Shown one piece after another: positions 11,671-25,700 of a DNA stretch of 37,409 nt (positions are counted from its first letter, which is position 1; the number at the start of each line of letters is the position of its first letter). The position numbers and the translations under genes were made by a program. The DNA comes from Catajapyx aquilonaris. Its lineage: Eukaryota. The notes beneath the pieces are model-generated. The model was not told the DNA's origin and did not search any database. It saw only the letters and a list, made by a program, of their open reading frames with translations. Location of the stretch: contig KZ538989.1 of NCBI GenBank assembly GCA_000934665.2, forward strand, positions 1 through 37,409. The letters are read 5' to 3'.

Positions 11671-13467
11671 CCATCCAATGGTGGTATTCCACCTCCCTCG
11701 GGGTAAAATAAAAAAAAAAATATTTTATCCATTTAAACCCACTACACCTGTTGATATTGCGACCCTGTATGCTATTGTACATTTCGATCCAGTTGTATGT
11801 GCAAGCAGCTTGTTTATGAAAGAATCAGTGCCCTCCCGGGCAGCAGGCGGTGTCGGAGGCTGGGGAGTACGCGAAAGCAAATGATAATAATTATTATTCC
11901 GGATGCTGGAGCCAAACTGCAGATGATGATTGACCCGCGCGTGACCTTCCTCCTGGCCCCTGCCACCCCCTGCCTCTCCGTCCCATTTCTCATCCCATCA
12001 CTTCACATTATCAGCCTCTGGGGACCAGAGTCGGCCGCAAAGGGCACGTGATCGCCATCACTCCAATGGACATTCTATAATTAGCTTCCTTCGATATATA
12101 TGACGGGGGTTCTTCAGATCATACATGATGACGTGCATATCCTGAGGGGTCCTACTGCATTGTTCAGGTGCCTTAAAGTCGCGCGGGACACCCACGCACC
12201 GACGCCATACTTGCGGTAATTATCACCTTAATGATGGTTTCCTAGAACGGAACACAAGACCGGGTGACCATCAAGGCCCATCATACTCTCTTCTTGCTGC
12301 GCAGGGTGGCTTGCTACATATACATTAGCACTTGCCTAATGTTCCTCCAACAGGGCTCGCGTGTTTCGCGGACAATACTTCCTGCCATACAACCTCATCT
12401 CTTGCTCTCCCGGGCAATGTCTCTTGTTTTGATAGAAAGGGCTCATAGGCCTATCATGGATCGGTGAACGACAAAGACGGAGTGTAACACTTGGTGTCAA
12501 GGTTTTCGAGAAAGTAGGCTGTTGGGTCTTCATGATGCAACCACGCCTGCAAATAAATAACAAGAGTGCTTTTAAATTAATTCCAGGCCAGGCGCTAAAC
12601 TGGAGTGTCCAGTAAGCGCTAGTAATTATGTAGCCCATTTACTTTCCAGTAAAACCTGTTTAGATTGGACTTCGTACGGGTTTTATGAGTGTTTGACGTA
12701 AAGCAGGTGTCTTAACTTTTCCAACGCCTAGTTCTACATTGTTTCTTTCGATTCCTCAAAGTGTGACCTTCTCGTTGGTTTCGTTCTAAATGCGCATTTG
12801 GAATGGACATGAGCATTACTTAAGGCGATGCATGCCGACCTCGTCTCATCAACTACTCTCGATCTAACCTTCAGAGCATTTCTCATATGATTATAATTTT
12901 TCAATACTGTAGGAGTGCACTCTTCAAGTACGAACACGTTGCAAGTTCATTTGAAGACGCAGCAAGCGGGAAATTACGCCATACAACTTGTGCGAACTCA
13001 TATGAAGACTTACCACAGGTTAACGTACTGTGTTGTACATACTGCTTTCACGAATCCTCGGAACTGCTGTAGGAAGTTTAGAAAATAAGGGGGGAAAAAG
13101 TAAGGGGCTGACAGCAATTTTTTTTCCATGATCCAAAGTTATATTTATGGCCTATACTGTATAATACAAGTACTTTTTGAACAGATACACAACTTGTCCA
13201 GAGATCAGTTCTGGCCCACTTGTTTCTTTGATTCAATACATGACACAATCACGTACATCCACTGCTGTTGATACAGTTTTATCTTCAACATTTAGACTCT
13301 TGTCCGGCGAATTTCTTTCACCATCTACCTGCAAACTGACAGGTACTTTTAAAGAGCCAAACTGAATAAATATGCCACCAACTCTGCCAAAATGAGATTA
13401 CAGCTTGTCACAAATTAGGTGCGGACGAAAGTGACTATGAAGAAAAAAAGGTCTTAAGAATCAATGT

Positions 13468-13782
13468 TCATGATGGGGACGAGCGCACGAGGAGCTTGTC
13501 TTCAGGCATGGTCCATGGAGCCTGCTTAGGAACTGAAGCAGAAGATGAGTTGCTGGTTGGTGGGTGAGAGTGTGAAGGTGTAGCTGCCATGAATCGTGCC
13601 ACTGCTGCTTGTGAGATCTGTGAAGTGTGCCTGAGGTCCAGGAGCTCCAGTTTGATGCACCTGCGCAGGTGGTCCAGGCTGGAATCTGTCAGCATTCGGC
13701 AGCCGGACATATCCAGTTGACGCAGGTTTTGCACAGAAGCAGCTGGAGATGTGCACAGTTGTGCTATCCCAGCGTCGGTCAC
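13468..13782 (-). CDS. Kdm2: Kdm2 terminal exon, C-terminal LRRs
   Basis: CTAATTCTCAG acceptor; [10 protein letters not shown]...[17 protein letters not shown] stop at 13468-13470. Confidence 0.92.
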   Translation of the reverse strand: MTDAGIAQLCTSPAASVQNLRQLDMSGCRMLTDSSLDHLRRCIKLELLDLRHTSQISQAAVARFMAATPSHSHPPTSNSSSASVPKQAPWTMPEDKLLVRSSPS

Positions 13783-16700
13783 CTGAGAATTAGACAAACC
13801 ATGTTATGTTAGTTCAATACAGCAACATCTGACAATGGTCTTGCAAGAGGAACAGACCTTGTAGCAGGAGCTGAGATCAAGATGTGTGATGAATCGGAGG
13901 TGCTGAGTGACGTATCTCAGGGCAACGTCTGAGATGTCAGTTGCAGCAAGTCGAAGCCGTTGCAGAGAGCGAAGGCGGGAATGAGCACCAACCAGCCCTG
14001 GCCTGGAGTCTGGAGGTGGGCTGAGAAGAGCTCGAAGGTTGGCATCACCTAGACCGGAGACGCAGCTCAAGTCAAGAGCCACCAATGGAGGCACGCAGCA
14101 GGAACGCATTGCCGAAGCTGCAACCCAACTGCACCCACGCAGGCTGAGGGAACGCGTCTGGGGCAGTCGTGCCAGAAGCCAGGCCAACTGACGCTGACCC
14201 AACCCGGACACCCACTCCAGAGCCAAGCTCTGTGGCTGCCGACGAGCCACCCCGGCCAACTGAGCAGCACTCACAGTTCGAAGTCCGGACAAAGACACAC
14301 GACGCCACAGGCTAGGGTCAGCACAGGCGGTGTTCCACGCTCGACACACGCGCATACACACGCTTAGTTCCGAAGCCGTCAACCATGAGAACACGCGCAC
14401 CAGCACTCGCTTGTCCAGCATTATCCCACTCTGACCATCTGGGTCATCCGCCTTCACATCGTCCGCAGGTGCTTCCCTGCCCCTGCCGCTTCGGGACTGC
14501 ACACGTCTCCTGCTCTTGCTTCGTCTTTTCCGATGGTCCTCTTCGTCCTCGTCATCATCCTCATCGTCTTCATCGTCATCGTCGTCATCCTCGTAATCCT
14601 CATCGTCATCGTCACTTCCCTTCGAGTTTTTCGAGTTCTTCGTCAGGGGGACCGCAGCGGCGGGTCTCACCACCTGCGTCGGCTTCCTCAGGGCCTTGGT
14701 GGACCCTGCCGTCAGCTGCATGACAAGCTGCGACCTGACCCCCACTTTGTTGTTGCCCTCGGGCTTCTTTGGCACCATCGTCGGAATTTGTGGGGCACCG
14801 ACGGCGCACGTGGCACCCGTGGCACCACTGCTAGTCACCATCTGTCCCCTCTCTTCTAGTTTACGCACTTGAACCACGCAATGGTTCAGTTGCTGTTGCT
14901 GCTGGGGTTCCATGGTTCGCGGGGGTGAGGCCTCCGCGTCACTCTTGCTACCCGAGTGATACTGCTGCGAGTGGTGATGCCGATGGTGGTGCGGGTGATG
15001 ATTGTGGTGATGGTGACGGTGATGCGATACCGGCGCCTGCTCCGAGTTCCGGCGGTTGGCTCCCAAAAGCCCTTCCGGCATATCCCCCACACTCTTCCGC
15101 CGTTTCTTCCTACCGTCGTCCTCCAACTCCGACGGGTCGTGGGTCAGCTGTAATGACCAGGTCACCTTCGTTATTTGGACTTCCCCCTCTGATAGTCAAA
15201 GAAATGGACATTCATGGATACCAAGCGCTGCTCTACCACAATCTACATAATTTCGTAATTTCATATTCAATTTAATTCCAACTATTCGAATATTCACTTA
15301 CGGTACAATGATCAATTGTTTTGCATTTACATCGCACCATATGTAATTACTGGCGTAAAAACGCATTTGCTACGTCTTAAGGGCGGTTTATGGGCCTTGG
15401 CGAATTACTGGAAAATAGTTAACGTTCTTAGTTGTAGCGACATTAGCTAAATCAACCATAACTCACGCTTGGGAAATCAGCCGTTCGCCAGCAAATAAAA
15501 CACGGAAATATGTCGCACATACAACTATACGTTTAAGTAGTACAGCAGTACAATATTGCTTACACCACACCAGTTGCGCCCAAGCCCAAAACCAGATGGG
15601 AATAATATTCCGTCGGTTGTACAGTCGGTACATTTGCATATTGACGCCAGTAAAGAAAAGAAACACACACCACCCTCCTCCGTTTTCCCTTTCCCTCTTC
15701 CCATCACGTGTTTTATTATGTGTAGGAAGTGCTGCGTATCTAGGAAAACGAGTTTCGATCATGCAGGCCTGGAAGGGTTCAACCCCGTCGAAACATTTGG
15801 CCAAGCACGAAGCCGTTGTGCAGTACTGGGCAGTCCGAAGATTGCCTAAGATGACCCACATTATCGCAACTTCATCCCAGGTGTATCATACGGGACATGT
15901 AATTAAGACCAACGCGAGGGCCACCATCGATAAAAATCTTCAAGGTTACCATTATGACGCACGTGGATGTTGGGTGGACACTATATGGGACAGGGTCAAA
16001 AGTCTGATGACATGGTCCGTTTTGGAGAAGTTACATTTTTTTTTCTACTCACATGTCTTCAACTTTCATATGAGAGAGCCTCATGCCAATGAATTCTGCG
16101 TATTACGATATTAGTAGGTCATGGCAGTAACACTACATTGCAATTTTTTGTATGACATGTGGAATAAAATAATTATGGCCTGGGATTGAGTGATCTAACT
16201 CGAACAGTCCATTTGTTATGACCTCTGGTATAGGGAAGTAGGAAATGTATACACACTGAGGCTATAAACTGAATGAAAGCACCTTGGAGTTCGCGCGGCT
16301 GTACTTACCACGATTAGTAATAAATTAGTAATTACCACTTTCGGCGTAATTCTAGATTACGTCGCTCAGCATTCATGCGGACCATTTACAATTTCCGAAT
16401 AACTAAGGAGGTAACTATGCGGAAAAATATGAGTTTAATTTCCATTCCACCTACTGGAGCAATCTATATTATTAATGCCCTACTGTGATGGCGATTCCTC
16501 CCGCCGTGTACGGCCTACAGCACTGGAAGTGATGTCAAAATTTAGCCCGCGTGTCCTATATTTGCAATAATGTTTTTGTGTGTTTGTTTTTTTGGAAATT
16601 GTGTCCAGGGAATTTATAAAACGCAAAACACGCCGATCGCCTAAAAAACCAACCACCACGGAGTTCCCATAAACGCCGTGTCGACCGCGGGCGCTACCTC

Positions 16701-19700
16701 CACACCGTCTTACTTCGGTACTTCGCCGTCGGATGTCGCTGCCTGGTCCGCGTATCTCTCTCCCTCTCCACTTTCGCAATTTTGTCTAATTTGCCTAATC
16801 TTGGCAAGTTGGTGTCTAGTTTTTCCTTATTTTTTATAAGAAATTCGCTACATGCATAAGTAGCCACAGGGTGTGGAGTAAATCATACCTTTATTCATCT
16901 CTTCAGGGTTGATGAATTGTGGCATACCAGATATGCGACAGAACCCACCTCAAGAAAAGGCAGAAACCCATCGTGTAACTCCCTCCTTTGTGGTCAAATT
17001 GGAATCCCCAAGAGTTGAAAAGCAGTTTATCTCACTGCTTACGTTTAGATTACAGTGTGCATTTACAAGGTGTCTATTCAGTACCAAACCCCCAATGTGG
17101 ACTCTTGTGACTTTGGGTAGAATGGAGTTATGTTCGGTGCAGAGTAATGCAATGTTTTCTGTGGTAACTTCAGTACCTTTGTTAGCTCAAGTTACTTGAG
17201 GGGAATATTAGCATCTTGTTGTGTTCCTGGAAGTATGGTCGGCCGCCACAAAACACTAGCACAGTGTAACTTTTCCTACTGATCCTACTTCAGTTAAGCC
17301 TTAATGAAAGTCCTTCTAATGCATGTCAAAAATGGCAGACGGATGAGTTGAAGAAGATTCAAGAGTATGAATACTGGATACCAAAAAGACACAGGTGATT
17401 GGCAGTGTTCTCAGAACAGTCTGAATTATTCGAACCAATACGAGGAAGTACGGGCACTCAAGGTGAACACCCAAAATACGCAAGTCGATTCTCAGAATGC
17501 AAGTAAATACTTTAAAATATCTCAATTTTGTACCACTCGTCCTGTCAAACATTACAGGCTGCATTCTCTACATCCTGGATATGACAGTTCCATTGTGTGC
17601 ATTACATAATCAGTAACCAAGAAGTGCACAGTCACTGACCACACCTTTTCAAAGAAATGCCCTGACCTTGCTGCTATTGCATGAGCATATCCTGAGATAA
17701 TGACCTTTGTCAACAACACAGGTTTCGATTTTCTGTATGTTTTGTCAATAAGAATTATCACTGTGCTACTCTACAAAATAATGAAATCATTCCCAATTCT
17801 TAATGGGAAACCCAGATGTGGAACTTGCAAATTTCTTCGCTGCCTTTTGAGAAGAATGGGAAGAAAGGAGAAGCAGGCACTTTGAAGGTCGCATTTAAAA
17901 GTTAGCTTTGGTAAGTTAATATTCTTTTTGGGGTAAGTATTTCCCCTTTCTTGTTATCAAAATACCATTGACCTCCCATATATTTCACCTTTCATTTTAT
18001 ATCAGACAGCTAAGCAAAGCTCAACTCCTCTGCGAAGAATATGCCTGGCATGTGTATCACATTAAGCTCATAGTATTATACGCACTCCCCACCCCAGCAA
18101 ACAATGCAGGTTTCCTATGATTACCAGATGAAGTCCTCTACTTGTGCTTACCCTATGCTGAGGCCTGAGGGTATTAGTAACGTCACACAAGTATGTACAC
18201 CGGTTACAGACAGTTTAGATGAGTTGGGGCAGTTACAAGCAGTTTAAAAAAATGAAATGTGCACAACACAAATCCAGGACAGAGCAAAAAGCAAATGCAT
18301 GTATGCAACAACCGAAATGAAAGGGATAAAGGGAAGAGAGAGAAAAGTATCTTGTGGAACCCAGACAACCATGCCGTCAATAGGACTTGAACCTTTGCTG
18401 ACACCGCATGAGATGATGGTCCTTTTGCTTGAACCTATGTCCAAAGACTAGCAATCTCATCTGTGTTTATGTATTCACTAAAATATCCTACTGGATCACA
18501 CTAGAAAAACCCTCCAGGTCCTGCACAACGTCCTCTTTGGTTACTAGTGGCTACTTCCTGTAGTAGTAATTCCTCAGTTACAGGCAGTCATGCCATGTAT
18601 GGACAATTCTTGATTATGCTGTATCCCACAACGTGGATGATGATGATGCCCAATTCACACTTCACAAACTTTTGTGCAGCTTTGAAATTTCACTGATACG
18701 TATGTCATGCATCTTCATTTTAGAGCTGACTAGACCAATCATGTCTGTATCCTGCCAACCTGTCTCAATAGATGGAACTGGAGTCTCTACCCAACAACAG
18801 CCCATTTAACAGCGTTCATAGTCCACTACAAAATAATCACCATTGTCTTGTTATTTGTCACAAAATGTCAGATGTTGCAAATCATCCTGCACTTGAATTA
18901 GGAACAACTGTGCAAGGAAGGAGCAGTCCTAGGAAGTATCATAAAACTATTCCAGGACTTACAGGCAGTCTACTACTAAGTAGGCAGAGCAGTGAAATAC
19001 TGTCATACTGTATAGTGCGCTGCATGTGCAAGCAAGGTGGTGGTATGGTCACAAAGTTTGCACAATCAATCAGTACAATTTAAACTGGATACAATCAAGT
19101 TACAACTGGTAAATTGCCAAACAGCATTCATAAAAATCAACTACATGATTTCACAACTGTGTAATTCAAGGGTGATAATAGAGAGCATTAGTGCAAAATG
19201 CCTTCAAGACACAAGCTAAAGTACCATACAGTCATGAAGCTTTACATTTCTGTAATTCAATGCATCTATATGGTCATGTTCTCACAAACATACACATCTA
19301 AATCTGCACACTGTACAAGAACAGGGATGAAAAGTAATTATGGGAAATTAAAACAAAATGGTTACACTACAACTAAGTAAAGCTCTTTATTTCCAATAGA
19401 AAACATAATCCAAATAAGTAATCAGCAGCTTTATCCAAATAAGTAAACAGCCACCTCATACACCACAGCCTGATCCAAATAAATTCACAGCACCCAAAGC
19501 AAAGCAATCCCAATCATATGGTAGAATGAAGGATGCCATTGATTCCAACAAATTTAAGATAAAAAGTACAGCAAAAATTAGGTGTAGCACAATCAAGGGG
19601 TGGGTGTAAGCTGTGCAGTAACATGTGCAAACAATTCCTCCAGAGATTATCCAAATACACTTTCACAGTACATCCAATTACAGCCTCAAAAATCCAGTTA

Positions 19701-22700
19701 AAGCATACACTAACAACCATCTAAGCCATTCCAGAAGCATGTCCCCAATCAAGTGTGGCAGTGGGGAAAGGTAATGCAAGAATATCCATTAATTCACGGC
19801 TTACCTTGTTGCTGTGGGAATGTCGTGGCTTATGCTGATTCAGCTTTGGCTTCTCTTCTTTCCCGCTTGCATCCTCTCTGGCCTCTTCTTTAGGCTTTTT
19901 CACTCCAACCATAGCAGCACCAAGAGGAATGCTTCCAACTCCCACCCTAATACCATTACCTTCATCCTCTGACTTCCTCTTCAACCCAGCACCAGTTCCT
20001 CCCATCATCATCATCTTCTCACCATCATCCACCTGGAAAATTGACCAATATTCTACAGGGTGTTCCGATGATCACATCTTTCTCTTCATCCATAGTACAC
20101 ATGGCATTCATATACTCATTGGCACCAGGTAAAATCATGGCCAAATGGTACTAACGACAGTATTCAAACTATCTGGGCCAAAGTTAGAACAAATCACATG
20201 TTAAATAGTAAAATATCTAGTCAGGGACCTTACTCTTATCAAGGTCATTCCATGCCAAGTGAGGCACATGGATTGTTTAACCCTCAGGGTTTTAAAAATT
20301 GCAACTGCTTATCTCTCTGCCAAAAAATTAGAAATTAATATTCTCAAATGTTAAACCCTTTTTGTAGCTTTTTTTGAAAACATTGTAACACCATGACCCC
20401 CAAAATTGTCAAACTGTTGTAGAATCTCCTGATGAGTTAATCAGCCAAGCATGCAAGCAAGCCAATAACATCCTGACAAGTGTATAAAGTCAAGTCACTT
20501 CCACAATGGAGTATAACTGACCTCAGGTGGCTCCACCTTTAAAGCTGCACCCAACACAGAGTTATTCTTGTAATGCTTCTGCTGTGCCATCCCTAGCAGA
20601 CCATCCATCTCCAGGGCTCCTGGAGTCATCAGGAATCCTGCATTGCTGCCTGGAGTGGGTGGCATAAGTGGCGCCGGTTGTTGGATTGCTTGAGGAGTCC
20701 CATTATTGTTAGTTGCTTCTCCTGCAGCTGGTGCCCTGCCCTGCCTGGCCTTGAAGTGTCTTGGCTTGTGTTCTGAATTTTTGCCCGCTTTGCAACACTT
20801 GGGGCACTCCCAGGAGTTGGGCAGATCCTCGTTGACCACACCTTGCTGCACAGGAGCGCCTTCAGGAGGTACCCCAAACTTTTGTTGTGCACATGAGGCA
20901 TGGATGATTTCGTAGCACACGCTACATTCCATCAGCGATGAAGGAGTTGCTCTTGGTGCCTTTTGGACTGGAAGCACCAACTGCCTTCCCCATCCATCAA
21001 GTCCGCAAGTGCTGCATGTAGCCGTAACAGGCAGCATAGGCTGAAGACATTGCCGGTTCATGCATGTCTGTTTCATGCGACCAGGCCCTCCAAACTTGAC
21101 CATGTCATGGCAGAAGGTGCATGTGCCACAATCGTCTCGAATGCAGGCCTCACACTTCTTGCATCTAGTGCGCCGGCGCCTGGGTGGGCCACCCTGAGAA
21201 TGTCCTGACCCTGGAGGTCGTGGACCAGGTGGACGACCAACGGAACCCTTCTTAACATGCTTGTGGTTAGGGGCTGAGCGTACAGCCAATTGCTGGTTGT
21301 TTGGTGTTGAATGGTGCTTTGTTGGTGGGTCAATGTGCCAGAAGTCCTGATCAGTTTCATGTGCCCACCGCAAAACAGGAAGCCCTGTAATGGCCTTTGC
21401 TGGTTCATCATGACGATGGTGTTCAACCAGGTCACGTACATCACGAACCAAGGCTACAGGGTCACGAATTAACTCGGGCACATTCTTCTTGGAAGTTGGC
21501 AGACCATGGAGATACATGACTATGGCTTTCAGGCCATGCAACTCCTGGGGACAGATGTGAATATGCTTTGGCAGCTCAGGATGGGGAGGTGGGGCAGGGG
21601 GAGGTTGGGGAGGCTGGGGAGGCTGGGGAGGCTGTGCAGGGTCTTCCTGTGATGGTGGCGGATTAGTCGTGGGTATGTCCAGATGGGAACGGCCCAGCAA
21701 ACAGTGGACATAGCGCTCCAGGACATACCACAGCATCTCTGTGAAGAACGGGTAGCGGAACTTCTGGGGAACCTAAAAATTGAAAACATTTGAATTTAAC
21801 GGTATGCTATAACTGCATATCTAAAGATAACGCTTGACCTTAATTTTTCATAACATAGGAAAGTTAATGTACTCGTGAATAATGTACAATCCCTGGCCTA
21901 AAAATATATGAATTTCAATGCTTGGGGATATGAATCAGGTAAGATAATACACGTATGACACACAAGATCAGATCCTGTGACAAGCAAAAGGGCTAGTGTG
22001 ACACATGGTAGAATTATTCCACATAACTAACTCATGATTCACAAAATCTGCTGAAAAAAGCAGATTTCTTTGAAAAATAAACTTGGGAAGAAAGGTCTTG
22101 ATTCACTTCTATATACAAGTTAATGTCACCACTGCATCTCCTATTATGTAAATACATTTCGCAATATTTTGATCCCACAGCTAGTATCTGACTTACATAA
22201 GTGGAACGTTCCACAACATTACACGTAAGTAAAATTTTACAAAACTCGGTAACTGTTTAACAAAATTTTTACTGTATATTGTACAGTACTGTACTTATAC
22301 GTTGATACTGGAATATGTTGTATTCAGCTGAGACTGTTGTGATAAGGAAGGTATTCCTCGCAAGACCCAAGTGGGTTGCAAATATCTATCACATGTGTAA
22401 ACTGACAGTGAGTGGAGGAAAGTCTAGGCTGGCAGGTCCGAGATGCCATGTTCAGAAATCTAATACACTCTCACAATTGGAGGTATTTTATGTCACCAGT
22501 TGGTTCTCAAGTTTTGTGCCCATTAGAATTTTAGAGTCGGAATCTACATGTTTCAGAGCTAGGAAAGTCAGGGACTTAAGATGAATTCTGAAAGAGGCCT
22601 TTCTTGCAATGAACAATGGTTAACATTTTTCATGCAAAGACTATTTTATTGGGCAGTATTTTCTGACTTCACATGCACACCATGCCGGCATCAACTTCCC

Positions 22701-25700
22701 CCTACTCGAACAATTGTAACGTACTGTATGGGTGACCCCTCACATTGGAGGAAAATTGTTAAGGCAAAATATTTTGCTATTATGAAGTGGGTAATTTTAG
22801 GTCCTTGCAAGTTAACATTAACTAAGATTTCCTGTAATAAGCACTCCTCCAAGTTTTATAAACCAGTGTACTTTTACTATGCTTACTTCCAAATTACCAG
22901 TCCTTCAAAAGAGTACCAAAACTCACATGAGTCACATCCTCCACGTGGGCAATCTTGAGCTGCTTCTCAATCCCAAAACTGTGCAGGAAATTTCCTCCAA
23001 AGACAAGGGAGTCTTTTGGGGTGTACACAGCATGAATCCAACCAGTCGGGATGAAGAAGGTGTTCCCTTCGGTCAGAGTCACTCGCCCACACTTCTCCAC
23101 TGAGTCTCCAAAGAACACGTCACCCTGCTTCCCAGAGAGTACCCAGTTTTCATACAGCTGCAGGTTGCGCTCGGTAGGTGGAATAAGCCAGAAAACCTTG
23201 GACCCTTTGAGTATGTGGTACCACACTGAGGTTCCCCCAAAGTCAATGTGGAAGTCGGTGTAACATCCTTTCACCGACATGAGGCAATACTTCTGAACCT
23301 TGGGGTACATCATGTCTTCCAGAAGATTGGTGGATTCAGTCTGTTGCTCCTTGAGATGTCGGGGCCACACTCTCTCCACCCAGTCGATGTGGCGGACTAT
23401 GGCAGGAGCAATCACATGATGCTCAAGCCGAGTGTGGCTGAACTCAAGGGATATCACGTTTAGTAACCGTTCCTTGTGTGGGTCCTCATAGTACTTCTGC
23501 CACTCCCGCATTGTCATCTCCATGTTCTTCTGGGTGTTCACATCCATAACATCCAACTGGCGACGGGACCCTGTCAGCCACAATTAACAATTAGCCATAC
23601 ATTTAAAATGAACCCGACAATTACAGCATGTGGACCAATCTGTGATGAATGTATGTCCAACAAGAATGGTACTAACCCACACACATGCGTACGTCATTGA
23701 CAGAGAACTTGGCACTGGGCACCCTGAGGCCCAGTCCTGCTCTATCCTGGAACAGCACAGGAGTGGAGAACCCACACTGCTGCAAGAAGGCCAGGTTGAA
23801 TTCTGCTCCATGCATCTCCTTTACAAAGCACTGAGGGAATCGATCTGTCTCTATCTTCTCCTCCAAGTTGAAGCTCTGCTGACCCTCAATCTCTTCATCA
23901 CCAATTGTCCAGTCATCAGTGTAGCGCTTCCGTTCCTTCCTGTCCCTCTGCAAATATTTAAAGATCAACGTTAGGGTTTTTCTGCATTGAGTCAGCGTGT
24001 ATGAGTCAGGTCAGAATTGCCATTGCTCTACTGGACAAGTACACATAAATGTTGTCACAGAGATGGTTCATAATAATGTGGAATAATAATGACAGTCAAA
24101 ATTAAACACTATCAATTATCGAGAACAAACTGCACTGCTCCAAAGAAGGTGCCAAGAACAAAGAAGAAAGTTTGAGGAAGTGCTGTAATGGGCCTCACTG
24201 TCTCTACTCTGGCAAGACGCTACTTTCTGAAGAACAGTCAATGGTTTCACATCACCCCTCCATGGCGCCATTCCAATGCGGCCGGGTCTAAGAAAGCACA
24301 TGACAAGTGGTCGAAAATTGCCACTTAAAATTCGTGTGGTATTGAAGCAAAGGGAAGGGTCCCAAGTTTGATCCCAAACCCATACTTTCCCTCCTTTCAT
24401 CGTATGTGATGCTGGGTATTCTCTGTCTCCCTGTCAGGTGGAATCTCCACTAGATTGACTACCTGGGGGAACTCACAAAATGGCTGTTTCAGACAATGCC
24501 CTTGCATGGTGTATACCTCTCCTCCCAATCACCCCCACCTGCAGATCTGTGTGCGTTGCTCAAAGGGCCATTGTACAGTGGGGGTTGTATTATGAGTGTA
24601 CTGGCTAAAGAGCTTTAATGGCTAGGAAAGTCAAATAAACTCGTTGTAGTACAGTGGGGTCAGAATCGAAAAGAGACAGACAAAATGCATTTTTTGACCT
24701 TGTTTCGGTCTCTTGACATATGTGATGTACTGTAGATCGTTACATGGCCAGCACTTTGTAATCCGAATTATTATTTTTTGGTCTGCGATCATCCCTAACC
24801 CATGCAGAGGTCATGAAAGTACACTTAATTTGCTTGGGCACAATGCTTGAGATATGTGTGCCCTGTGGCTTAACATTCTCCCAGTCATAACAATGAGCAG
24901 GCTGGTGGTACATTGGTTTTGTGACTTTCTATTTTTAGATCAACACCAGTGCTTCTCAATGAAATGTATGGATTGTTATTTTTTCTAACAACAGAAGGCA
25001 GACGTACGTAGACACTGGCTTGACCTCTACAACAGTGGGCTACCCTAAATTTTGTCAAAATGCTTTCAAAACAATGTTTTTATTTTGGTAAAAACAGATG
25101 GCAGCATTCGGCAGGCTCTGGATTTCTGGCTTGCCATACCGTTTTATATTTCTTGATTGCATTTGTAAATTAGGGCTCTAGAGTCTAGACATCACTCAGA
25201 AAATTTTGGCTGAGTTTTGATGATTAATTTGAAATATGAGTTAATATTCATAATTCATACCCCATTATCAGCCGGCGGCTCTTTAGGGGTTTTGACTGGA
25301 ACTATTTACTTTCATTTTTACTTTGCTTTTTGGGATAGGATAGGGACGGAAGGAAGCGGCTGTGGTGTATTATTTAGGAAGCAATCCTGGAATTCTCCTG
25401 GGGGGACCGTGGGAAACCACAGAAAACCATAGTTAGGATTGCCGGCCCCGGGGCTCGAACCCAGGACCTCCCGATTAGCAGTCGAACACCTTATCCACTT
25501 CACCAAACTGCTTCAGTGAAATGAGTTAATATTGACAACCACCTGTTAACACAACATCTATAATATTAAAATCCTTGCGGGAGTTGGTCGAGCCCTCTGA
25601 TTGGTCCGCCGCATATTGTTACCGCCACCTCCCCATTGGCCCTCGTTCTAAACATGCGCAATGGGGTGTAAACAACTCCTCTGTTGGGTTGCCGGGGAAA

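Noticed and set aside
9590..13100. Short ORFs between the SLC13 and Kdm2 genes
   Set aside because: No recognisable protein motifs or consistent splice structure; the region also spans an assembly gap.
14067..15275. Antisense ORFs such as the hydrophobic [10 protein letters not shown]...
   Set aside because: Reverse-complement reading of the Kdm2 Asp/Glu and His tracts.
25420..25514. tRNA-Ser(GCT)-like sequence
   Set aside because: No convincing acceptor stem or long variable arm, and it is attached to a body repeated at 11528, so it is a SINE head.
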